Of a stretch of DNA of 25,706 nt, positions 1 to 7,864 are shown piece by piece. The stretch is taken from positions 1 to 25,706 of IMG/VR virus record IMGVR_UViG_3300018039_000017; one strand, written 5' to 3'. The DNA comes from a virus (taxonomy: Duplodnaviria > Caudoviricetes). A model generated the notes under the pieces. That model saw nothing but the letters and a program-made list of their open reading frames with translations. It was not told the DNA's origin and made no database searches. The stretch's first letter is position 1. Every line of letters begins with the position of its first letter. Made by a program: the position numbers and the translations under genes.

Positions 1-2
1 AT

Positions 3-62
3 GAACGCATTGTTCGCTTAGTTTACAGGCCGGAAGAAATGAAAGGCGCGGACAATGAATGA
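3..62 (+). CDS. 3' end of an upstream ORF truncated by the window edge
   Basis: Frame 3 is open from the edge (ERIVRLVYRPEEMKGADNE*). Its TGA at 60-62 overlaps the start of the next ORF. Confidence 0.35.
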   Translation, partial: ERIVRLVYRPEEMKGADNE

Positions 63-363
63 AACGGAAAAACGCGTTCGCCGAACGGCGGAAATTATTG
101 AATCATGTTTGTTGACTGACGGCAAATACTTGCCGGGGCCGTTGCCTTTTCCGGATCCTTTGATTCGGGCCGAATTGTTTCAACAAAATTCGTTTCGGGC
201 AAACCTCGATTTCCGGTATTGTCTTTTTCAGAATGGGGCAACCGCGCGGCACGCGTGGAACATTGCGTTGCAACGGGGCGTTTATCGCTTTTGCGGCGGC
301 GATGCCTTTAACCGGGCAATCAACTGGCATGAATACATTTTGAGAGTGAATCCCTACTTATGA
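55..363 (+). CDS. hypothetical phage protein (102 aa)
   Basis: ATG preceded by GAAAGGCGC at 41-49; ATGA overlap with the next ORF. Confidence 0.7.
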   Translation: MNETEKRVRRTAEIIESCLLTDGKYLPGPLPFPDPLIRAELFQQNSFRANLDFRYCLFQNGATARHAWNIALQRGVYRFCGGDAFNRAINWHEYILRVNPYL

Positions 364-563
364 CGGAAACAACCGAACCGACGAAACCAAAACTTTCGGT
401 TGAACAAGCGAAGCTTTTGCGCGATGCGATGGAACGCTTGCGAGATAAACAAACGGAATTGAAAAGAATGAATTCGGGAACGTTGCCGGGTTCGTTGGGT
501 AATATTCTTAATCAAATGAAAGGCGCAGAAAATGGAAACCGTTCATCGGTTGGCAGAGAATGA
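360..563 (+). CDS. hypothetical small helical protein (67 aa)
   Basis: ATGA coupling to the previous ORF; coiled-coil-like segment AKLLRDAMERLRDKQTELKRM. Confidence 0.6.
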   Translation: MTETTEPTKPKLSVEQAKLLRDAMERLRDKQTELKRMNSGTLPGSLGNILNQMKGAENGNRSSVGRE

Positions 564-1173
564 AGCCGTTGATCTTGCCGATTTGTTTTGGCTTTTGGTT
601 GATCAACAATCGGACATTCGCGGGCATATGGAATACCTATCGAACGCGGCGATGAATTCCGGCGATGTTGTTGAACTTGGCGTTCGCGGCGGCGTTTCAA
701 CGATTTGTTTTTTGCATGGCTTGGCTTGCCGTGGCAATGGAAAGTTGCGTTCTTATGACTTGAACCAATGGCACGCGCAAGAGGCGGTTGAAAAGATGAT
801 TCCGCCGGGCGTTGATTTCAAGTTTGAAATCGGGGATTCATCCGAAATCGAAATTGATCGATGCAATACGTTGTTCATCGATACGCGGCATGATGCGGAT
901 CTTGCGATGATCGAATTGCGACGGCATCAACTGAAAGTCAATCAAACGATCATCATGCACGATACCGAAACTTTCGGCATCAACGGCGAAACGAAAGGGC
1001 CGGGCAACGGCTTGAAACTCGCAATCGGCGATTTCCTGATTGACTATCATGCGGAATGGGAGATCTTCAAACACGCAACGAATGACAACGGGTTGACGAC
1101 GTTCAACCGTTGCGATTTCAATCCGGGCAAACTTTCCGAATCGGAATTGCGGGCGGCGGCTGGTTTGGATTAA
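532..1173 (+). CDS. class I SAM-dependent methyltransferase (Methyltransf_24-like)
   Basis: Motif I VVELGVRGGVST, then SYDL, IGDS, LFIDTRH and IIMHDT, the typical Methyltransf_24 pattern. RBS-like GAAAGGCGC at 518-526. Confidence 0.85.
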   Translation: METVHRLAENEAVDLADLFWLLVDQQSDIRGHMEYLSNAAMNSGDVVELGVRGGVSTICFLHGLACRGNGKLRSYDLNQWHAQEAVEKMIPPGVDFKFEIGDSSEIEIDRCNTLFIDTRHDADLAMIELRRHQLKVNQTIIMHDTETFGINGETKGPGNGLKLAIGDFLIDYHAEWEIFKHATNDNGLTTFNRCDFNPGKLSESELRAAAGLD

Positions 1174-1191
1174 GCTTTGAACAGCGGGTTT

Positions 1192-1245
1192 GATTCCGCC
1201 GGGTTTGTTGAATTAGAGCGCTTCGGCCCGGCGGGATCTGTTTCT
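1192..1245 (+). terminator. intergenic stem-loop, possible weak terminator
   Basis: GATTCCGCCGGGT (1192-1204) pairs with GCCCGGCGGGATC (1226-1238), a 13-bp stem with G-U pairs, followed by TGTTTCT. Confidence 0.35.
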
Positions 1246-1258
1246 GAAAGGCGCAGAA

Positions 1259-1540
1259 ATGATGAAGCCGGTTTTATATTTGTCGTTTGCGGCGTTTGTC
1301 GCGATTCTGGTTAATGGCTTGACGGTTGGCTTTTGGTTTCTGGCAACTCGGATATCAAAGGCGATGTTCGGCGATTTTGGCGGCTTTTGGTTGTTCGCTT
1401 CCAACATGATCATTGAAGCCGGGTTGATCGTTGTTGTTGTTGGCGGTGCGTTGACGTTGTACGTTGGCAAACTTTTCATACGAACTTTTTTAACTGAACT
1501 CAAAAAGGCGCAAACAAATGGCGGAAGAAAAGAAACTTAA
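1259..1540 (+). CDS. small membrane protein with 2 predicted TM helices
   Basis: Two long hydrophobic segments and a basic C-terminus; GAAAGGCGC at 1246-1254. Confidence 0.7.
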   Translation: MMKPVLYLSFAAFVAILVNGLTVGFWFLATRISKAMFGDFGGFWLFASNMIIEAGLIVVVVGGALTLYVGKLFIRTFLTELKKAQTNGGRKET

Positions 1541-1811
1541 ACACGTTCACGAATGCAAACATCCGGCGTTTCGAGTGAACGCGAATGTGAATGTTACCCG
1601 ATGTGAAGATGAAGGCCCGGCGGAAGTCATTCATGCGAACGTTTCAATTTGGTGCGTTGAATGCGGGCATTTCTTTGATTTTGAAAACGGCGTTCCATAC
1701 TCGCGCGGAATCATGTTGAATATGGTTGTTCCGGAATGTGCGGCATTGGATGAAACCGGAACCGACGTTTCGAAAATCTTTCAATCTGGCGAACCGCGAA
1801 TTGAGCAATGA
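1518..1811 (+). CDS. hypothetical protein, putative Zn-binding (CxH...CxxC)
   Basis: HECKH and WCVECG motifs; AAAAGGCGC upstream; ATGA overlap with the next ORF. Confidence 0.7.
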   Translation: MAEEKKLKHVHECKHPAFRVNANVNVTRCEDEGPAEVIHANVSIWCVECGHFFDFENGVPYSRGIMLNMVVPECAALDETGTDVSKIFQSGEPRIEQ

Positions 1812-2275
1812 ACGAAATCATTGATGATTTGGTTGAAGTCGAAGGATCCCGCGATGCAACGCAATTGTTGCGGGCGGTTTCAGATCCTCGATTTGACTTG
1901 CCCGATGAATTCTATAGCGATGCTCCGCGCAAGGTTTGGCAAATCGTTCAAGATATGCTTTCGGGCAAATGGAAGGGGCCGAACGGCAAACCGGCAAGCG
2001 CTTCATCGATACGGCGAATGATGGGCGTTTTGCTCGAAATGGATGCCGTTAATCGGGGCAAACATCGAAACGGGCGGGCATCGATTGAGCAAGCCGAAGA
2101 TGATGTTCCGCAAATTCGGGCTGACGTTGATTTGAAAGTTGCGATATCATTGGTTTCGGAATTGCCGGAAGATGAACGCAACATTCTTGAACAGGCTGCC
2201 GCATTGATGCAAAAGCTTCAAGATCATGCGGCGAATTCTGAAAGGGCGAAAATCGAATCAAACGCGGAAGGGTAG
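1808..2275 (+). CDS. probable terminase small subunit (by position)
   Basis: 155-aa helical protein ending 3 nt before the terminase large subunit. No diagnostic motif recognised. Confidence 0.45.
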   Translation: MNEIIDDLVEVEGSRDATQLLRAVSDPRFDLPDEFYSDAPRKVWQIVQDMLSGKWKGPNGKPASASSIRRMMGVLLEMDAVNRGKHRNGRASIEQAEDDVPQIRADVDLKVAISLVSELPEDERNILEQAAALMQKLQDHAANSERAKIESNAEG

Positions 2276-2278
2276 AGA

Positions 2279-4066
2279 ATGGAAACGGATTCAATTGAAT
2301 CTTTATCGGAACCATTCAGCGCCGATATACTCACCGCGATTCGCCTAGCGCCTGCAATCAATAAATGCCGGGCCGGGGATCCTTTGCCGTTGATTCGTGA
2401 ACTTTGGCCCGGCGTTCGCTTGGATGAATTTCAGGTTGATGCGATTCGTTCGTTGTTCGATCCGAAGATCCGGGAAGTCTTCATCAAAGGAAATACGGGT
2501 TGCGGAAAAACCGCGATTGCCGGAATTGCCGTTTGTCTTTACTTTCAAGTTTTTCACGATGCCCGAATTGTATTGACTCGCGATAAGCATGAAACGGCGA
2601 AGCGCGTTTTATACGGCGAAGTCAAAACATGGTGGAAACGAATGCGGTTCAATCTTTGCGATGCCGTTCTTTTGAATGACGGCGCATACGATCCGAACAA
2701 CCGCGAAGGGCATTACATAGCAATCGCAAACCCGAAATCGCCGGAAGGTTTTCAAGGGGTTCACTCTCCGCATGTTTTGCACGTTTACGACGAAGCAACC
2801 GCCGATGTTCTGCAACCGCGATACAAGTTGAGTTCAACGCAAGCAACTTCATTTTTGGCGATGGGAAACCCGCGCGTTACAAGCGGGGAATTTTACCGGG
2901 CATTTCCGAAAGGCCGGGAAAACGAAACGCATACGTTCAACGGGCCGAACGGAAGGCGGCGTTGCATTACCGTTGACGGAAAAGATTGTTTGAACGTTCG
3001 TAGGAAATGCCTGAAACGTTCAATCGCTCCGATGGGCGGAATCATCATCGACGGAACCGAATACAAAGCCGGGGAAGATGTCGAACCGGAAGATTTCAAA
3101 AAGGTTTCGCCGATCATACCGGGGCAAACTTGTTTCGATGAATTTCTTGCGCTTCTCAACAATCCGGATCCCGATTTCGTTGCCTGTTATGCGCATGGAA
3201 GGTTTCCGGAATCCGATGCGGAAGTTCAACTTTTTCTTCGCAAATGGATCGCATACGCGCAACAACAACATTCGCGGTTTCGTCGATTGCTTGAACGGGC
3301 CGAAGCGAACGGGCATGAAGCCGTTCGCGATTGGTTGTTGAATAAGCGGTTGCCGGTCGATGCGTTCGGGCTGGATGTTGCGGCAAGCGAATTGAAAGGC
3401 GATTGGAGCGTATTAACGGCGGGCGGGAAGAATGGCATCCGGGAACAACATCGAACGCAAAAAGCGAACGTAATGAAAACAACGGCTTGGGTTATCAAAA
3501 CGATTCGCGAAGAATACGGCGTTGAAATTACCGACGGCGATTACCCGATTTGCATTGATTACGGCGGGGGATACGGGCGGGGCGTTGGCGATAGGCTGGA
3601 AGAATTGGGCGCGTTCGTTGTCAAGTTCGTTCCGAATGCGACAAGCGAACTGAATCCCAAGAAATATAAAAATCTTCGCGTTGAAGCATATGCCGAATTT
3701 GCGAACCGGTTGGATCCGAACGCGATGATGCAAAGCGAAGCAAGCGAAGATTTGCTTGACGAAATCGGGCTTTCCGAATCGATTGATGATGATGTTCCGT
3801 TGAAGCGAATGCCGGTTTTCCTCATTCCGGAAACGCAACGTTTGTTTGAAGATTTGGCGGTTCTCGAAAAGCTTTATGATTCCGATGCGTTCAAGTTCAA
3901 TTTGACTCCGAAGCGAACCGCGCCGGGGCATGAAGAAAAGATTGAATCAATTGAAAAACGGCTTGGCAGATCTCCCGACGATGGGGATTCGGCAAGTTAC
4001 TTGTTTCACGCGAACCGGTTTGCAAAAGAATCAATCAACGATTGGTTGGATGCCGGGGCATTTTAG
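2279..4066 (+). CDS. terL: terminase large subunit
   Basis: Walker A IKGNTGCGKT, Walker B LHVYDEA, motif III MGNP, nuclease acidic motifs FGLDVA, CIDYGGG and RSPDDGDS. Confidence 0.93.
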   Translation: METDSIESLSEPFSADILTAIRLAPAINKCRAGDPLPLIRELWPGVRLDEFQVDAIRSLFDPKIREVFIKGNTGCGKTAIAGIAVCLYFQVFHDARIVLTRDKHETAKRVLYGEVKTWWKRMRFNLCDAVLLNDGAYDPNNREGHYIAIANPKSPEGFQGVHSPHVLHVYDEATADVLQPRYKLSSTQATSFLAMGNPRVTSGEFYRAFPKGRENETHTFNGPNGRRRCITVDGKDCLNVRRKCLKRSIAPMGGIIIDGTEYKAGEDVEPEDFKKVSPIIPGQTCFDEFLALLNNPDPDFVACYAHGRFPESDAEVQLFLRKWIAYAQQQHSRFRRLLERAEANGHEAVRDWLLNKRLPVDAFGLDVAASELKGDWSVLTAGGKNGIREQHRTQKANVMKTTAWVIKTIREEYGVEITDGDYPICIDYGGGYGRGVGDRLEELGAFVVKFVPNATSELNPKKYKNLRVEAYAEFANRLDPNAMMQSEASEDLLDEIGLSESIDDDVPLKRMPVFLIPETQRLFEDLAVLEKLYDSDAFKFNLTPKRTAPGHEEKIESIEKRLGRSPDDGDSASYLFHANRFAKESINDWLDAGAF

Positions 4067-4077
4067 GGAAAACGAAA

Positions 4078-4743
4078 ATGATTATATCGGTTCACGTTCC
4101 GAAAACGGGCGGTTCAAGTTTTGGCAAGGCGTTGAAAGATCATTTCGGCGAATCGTTTCTTCGGTATGGCGATGGATTGATTCAGGAACGCGGCAAGCGC
4201 TGCAAGAGCGATTTGCAACGGGCAATCGATGCTTTCGATTACCCGGAACGCTTTGCGTCATACGGGGCGATTCATGGGCATTTCAGGCCGTTCGTATTCT
4301 TGCCGTTCTCGAAAAAAGTTGATGTGAACTTTTCGGTTTGGTTGCGGGATCCGTTTGAACGCATGGCTTCGCATTATCGGTTTTGGAAGATGATCAAAAA
4401 CCCGGTTGAACCGCATGTTCGCGAGTTCGCCGAAAGCGATTTGACGTTTGAAGAATTTTGTTTTCAAGATCGATATCGCAATTTTCTTTCGCAATATCTT
4501 TGTTTTTTCCCGATGCACAATTTTGATTTCATCGGATGTTTGGAGCATTACGCCGAAGATCTGCAACGCTTTTCCCGGCAATTCATCGGAGCCGAACTGC
4601 AATGCCTTCATCGCAATAAATCGGTTGGGGCCGAAGTCGATACCGGGCTGAAAGAAAAGTTTGCGGAATATCACGCAATTGATTATCAACTTTATGAATA
4701 CGCAATGAAATTGCGGCAACAACAACTCGAAAAAATGCAATGA
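4078..4743 (+). CDS. PAPS-dependent sulfotransferase (Sulfotransfer_2-like), 221 aa
   Basis: 5'-PSB loop HVPKTGGSS, GHF, 3'-PB motif LRDPFERMASHY, FIGCLE, C-terminal DYQLYEYA. Start reassigned to the ATG at 4078, after the terL stop. Confidence 0.88.
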   Translation: MIISVHVPKTGGSSFGKALKDHFGESFLRYGDGLIQERGKRCKSDLQRAIDAFDYPERFASYGAIHGHFRPFVFLPFSKKVDVNFSVWLRDPFERMASHYRFWKMIKNPVEPHVREFAESDLTFEEFCFQDRYRNFLSQYLCFFPMHNFDFIGCLEHYAEDLQRFSRQFIGAELQCLHRNKSVGAEVDTGLKEKFAEYHAIDYQLYEYAMKLRQQQLEKMQ

Positions 4744-5024
4744 CGATCAAAGCAAAGCTTTCGGAAGATGCGGTTTCAGATGAACGGGCGGGCGTTTATC
4801 AATTTTCATATGGTCAAGACGGCGGCAAGGTTGGATTGATCTTACGTTGTCCGGGATGCCGGGAAGTTTCATTTCTTCCGTTCCGTTCGGGGATTCATTC
4901 GGAAGAATGGAATTTATTGAATGAAGATCCGATTGAATTAACACCGTCGATTCATCACGATACGAAACTTGGCGGTTGCGGCTGGCATGGTTGGCTTCGC
5001 AACGGCGAATTTCAAAGGTTATGA
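4740..5024 (+). CDS. DUF6527-like small Cys/His protein
   Basis: RCPGC...W...LTPSI...GCGWHGWLRNGEF pattern; ATGA coupling on both sides. Confidence 0.7.
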   Translation: MTIKAKLSEDAVSDERAGVYQFSYGQDGGKVGLILRCPGCREVSFLPFRSGIHSEEWNLLNEDPIELTPSIHHDTKLGGCGWHGWLRNGEFQRL

Positions 5025-5347
5025 ATGTGGGAATTGAAATCAAAGGCGCATGCGACAAATGCAAGCGAACGCAAACACTTCATTCGGGGCGTTGTTATCA
5101 ATGCAAGGAAAAAGAAATGGGCAGAAATCCGCAACCTCCAACTCGAAAGATCAATTTTCAACCGTTGGGCAAACCGCATAATTGCATCGGTTGCGGCGCT
5201 CCGATTGATTCAGGCGATTGCCAGTATTGCGGGCGTTCGCATTTGAGTTCATCGCAAATTATCGAAAAGACGAAACAAGAATTTTATCGGCGTTACGGAA
5301 TCCCGAAACGATTGGTTGACGGTACAACTTCGGGCGGGCCGGGATAG
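5021..5347 (+). CDS. double zinc-ribbon protein (108 aa)
   Basis: Four CxxC pairs (CDKC, CYQC, CIGC, CQYC). The ATG at 5021 overlaps the previous stop. Confidence 0.7.
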   Translation: MNVGIEIKGACDKCKRTQTLHSGRCYQCKEKEMGRNPQPPTRKINFQPLGKPHNCIGCGAPIDSGDCQYCGRSHLSSSQIIEKTKQEFYRRYGIPKRLVDGTTSGGPG

Positions 5348-5374
5348 ACTCAACAAAACGAAAGGCGCAAAAAG

Positions 5375-6019
5375 ATGAATCAAAAGTTTCCTGAAATCAC
5401 TTCATCAAATCGCGATTGGCTGAAATTCCAAAAATATCTTCCGAAAGAAAAACGCGAAAATCATGTTTACATTGCGTTTCGCGAACCAATGCCCGAACAA
5501 CTTGCCGGGCAATTCTTGCGGGTTCATATGACGAAAGATAGGCTTGAAGATTCGGAAAATGATTTTTACAAGCCGGAAATTTATCAACCGTCGCGATTCA
5601 AAGAAACGATTCTTTGCCCGGAATGCGGGCAAGCCGAAGAGCGCGTTGATCCGAATCTTTCATTCTGCCGAAACTCGAAATGTTCGTTGCAAAATCGCGG
5701 GCATGTTTCCGGGCCGGTTCGCGGCGTTATCGAAGTTCTGACGTTCCCGGATCATGTTGCGTATGTCGCGAAAAAAGAAATTGATGTTCCGGTTATCGAC
5801 GATGCAACCGTTTTTTATTCCGACATTCTTGCCGGGCGGAAATCGGTTGAAGACGTTTCGAGAATCGCAACCGAGTTCAAAAAAGAAACGATTGATGTTC
5901 CAATGATGAACGCTTGCGTTTTGCTTTTGGATCGGCGTTATGATGAATTGGCGTTGATTCAAATCATCCGAACTTGCGGAATGCTTTGCGATGAACTTGG
6001 TTTTGAATTAAAGAATTGA
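5375..6019 (+). CDS. C4 Zn-finger protein resembling the Zn-finger/HhH region of NAD-dependent DNA ligase
   Basis: CPECG-x14-CRNSKCSLQ; GAAAGGCGC at 5360-5368. The ORF is well supported; the ligase resemblance is tentative. Confidence 0.65.
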   Translation: MNQKFPEITSSNRDWLKFQKYLPKEKRENHVYIAFREPMPEQLAGQFLRVHMTKDRLEDSENDFYKPEIYQPSRFKETILCPECGQAEERVDPNLSFCRNSKCSLQNRGHVSGPVRGVIEVLTFPDHVAYVAKKEIDVPVIDDATVFYSDILAGRKSVEDVSRIATEFKKETIDVPMMNACVLLLDRRYDELALIQIIRTCGMLCDELGFELKN

Positions 6020-6030
6020 ACGGGGAACCA

Positions 6031-6327
6031 ATGGCGCGACGACGGAAGAAAAAGTTTAGTTTCAAAGAATTGTTGCGGGCATGGCTTGAACCGAAAGCGA
6101 TGTTGCGGCATCGACTCCGAAAGGCCGAAGCAAAGCGGCGGGCGGCTGAAAACGCGCTTCGGCTGCAACAACAGGAAAACGCGGGTTTGCGGATTCAGAT
6201 TGAAACTTTTACCGATTTCGTTCAAGCTTTCGGCTGGCAACAACGCGCAACCGGGGCCGAACAAAAAATGATTGCCGAAACAATCCGCAAGGCCGGGGAA
6301 AAGGAACTTAAACATTCCCGGCAATGA
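6031..6327 (+). CDS. basic coiled-coil hypothetical protein (98 aa)
   Basis: ATG at 6031 preceded by GGGGA; heptad-like LRKAEAKRRAAENALRLQQQENAGLRIQIE. Confidence 0.65.
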   Translation: MARRRKKKFSFKELLRAWLEPKAMLRHRLRKAEAKRRAAENALRLQQQENAGLRIQIETFTDFVQAFGWQQRATGAEQKMIAETIRKAGEKELKHSRQ

Positions 6328-6343
6328 AAAAGGGAATGATTGA

Positions 6344-7864
6344 ATGAGTTGGCTTGAAGAAACCGCCGTTCCGACAATCGACACGCAAGCCGTTTCCGGC
6401 AAGTCAATCGGGGCAATCGCTGATTTGATCGTTACCGATTCAATGAAGATGGATCGAAGCGGCGACAATCGAACGGCGAAAGAACAAACGCTTTATTTCC
6501 GATACTGGAATTATGTTGCGCTTTCGAGAATTGCAAAGTATTGTTCAAACTTTTTCCCGAATCTTTCATTTCAACCGAACGCGGCGAAGTCGATTGGGCG
6601 CGGCGGGAATCAACGATTTTATCAACGGCAATCGATGAATTGGCTGAAACGCAATTACAGTCAACGCGTCATTCAAGGCGCAATCGATGTTCAGGAATTG
6701 AAACCGATTCCCGAAGATCATCAAATGATTTCGTTGTTGTCTAACCCGAACGAATACGCGAATTATTCGATGTTGGCGCAAGAGTTCACATACAACAAAC
6801 GAATGACGGGCCGGGCATATATTTGGGTCATTCCGAACCGGTTGCGAACCGAATTTTCCCCGCAAGGCTTACCGGCGGAACTTCATGTTGTTCCGACGGA
6901 ATGGGTAACACCGCAATTTTCAAGCAATGGAACGCTGAAATACTACGTTGTTACTCCGGAAGGCGACACGCGGCGAATGATGAAGATTCCGCCGGAAGAT
7001 ATCATTAAACAAGTCAACGTTCATCCGGTCGATAAGTTGAACGGGCAAAGCGAAGTTCAGGCCGGGGCGCGTTGGATTGAAAACGCGGAAGATATCGAAA
7101 AAAGCCGACGGGCATCATTCATCAACGGGCGAAATCCGGATGTTATCGTTTCGCTGGATGAAGAAAAGTTCAAAGGCGCGGAAACGCATCTTTCAAAAGA
7201 TGAATTGATTGAACGCATTAAAGGCCGTTTCAGGCAACGAACGCGCGGCATCGAACGGCATGGGGATCCATTGGTGCAACCGCCGGGCGTCACGATTTCG
7301 CCGTGGTCTTTGACTCCGCAAGAAATGGATTATCCGAGTTCGGCGAACGCGATGCGCGATAACATTCTTGCGCTTTATGGCGTTCATCATATCATCGCCG
7401 GTTTGTCAACGGATTATAATCGGGCAACATCCGAAGCGGCATGGGCCGTTTTTTGCGAGATCTCGGCAAACCCTGAATTGAACGAATGGGCAGAAGTTCT
7501 GCAAGAATTGGCAAACCGATGGGATCCGCGAATCGTTGTTTGGTTCGATGATTGTACGCCGGAAAATGCGGAACAGGCATTTCAGCGAATGCGGGCGGGC
7601 GTTGATACCGGGGCCGTTACGTTGGATGAATTCAGAATGTTCTTGAATCTTGAACCGATGAAATCCGAAGAATACGAAACTGGTTATATGGGAAGCGGGC
7701 GAATTCCCGTTTCAATGGCGGGCATCGTTGAACCGTTGGAAGATGAACCGGAAGATGATGAAGACGACGAACCGGATGAATCGGAAGATGATGAAGACGA
7801 TGCCGACGATGAACCGGATGACGGCGATGATGCCGAAGATGAAACGGATGAAGATGATGAATGA
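6344..7864 (+). CDS. phage portal protein (HK97-family-like) with acidic C-terminal tail
   Basis: LLSNPNEY, TGRAYIWV, LHVVPTEWV, PQEMDY, ILALYGV...AGL...NRATSE and VTLDEFRMFLNLEP motifs; position after the terminase. Confidence 0.92.
   Translation: MSWLEETAVPTIDTQAVSGKSIGAIADLIVTDSMKMDRSGDNRTAKEQTLYFRYWNYVALSRIAKYCSNFFPNLSFQPNAAKSIGRGGNQRFYQRQSMNWLKRNYSQRVIQGAIDVQELKPIPEDHQMISLLSNPNEYANYSMLAQEFTYNKRMTGRAYIWVIPNRLRTEFSPQGLPAELHVVPTEWVTPQFSSNGTLKYYVVTPEGDTRRMMKIPPEDIIKQVNVHPVDKLNGQSEVQAGARWIENAEDIEKSRRASFINGRNPDVIVSLDEEKFKGAETHLSKDELIERIKGRFRQRTRGIERHGDPLVQPPGVTISPWSLTPQEMDYPSSANAMRDNILALYGVHHIIAGLSTDYNRATSEAAWAVFCEISANPELNEWAEVLQELANRWDPRIVVWFDDCTPENAEQAFQRMRAGVDTGAVTLDEFRMFLNLEPMKSEEYETGYMGSGRIPVSMAGIVEPLEDEPEDDEDDEPDESEDDEDDADDEPDDGDDAEDETDEDDE
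7738..7861 (+). repeat. low-complexity GAT/GAA-rich repeat encoding the Asp/Glu tail of the portal
   Basis: Encodes EDEPEDDEDDEPDESEDDEDDADDEPDDGDDAEDETDEDDE; recurring GATGAACCGGA-like units. Confidence 0.8.

Noticed and set aside
2279-4066. Intein in the long terminase
   Set aside because: No intein N-terminal block with a matching C-terminal HN-C/S/T and no LAGLIDADG motifs; the insertions are too short.
7728-7856. Met-rich N-terminal extension of MuF in the ORF track (MNRWKMNRKMMK...)
   Set aside because: It is the shifted-frame reading of the GATGA-rich acidic portal tail; the plausible start is the ATG at 7857.
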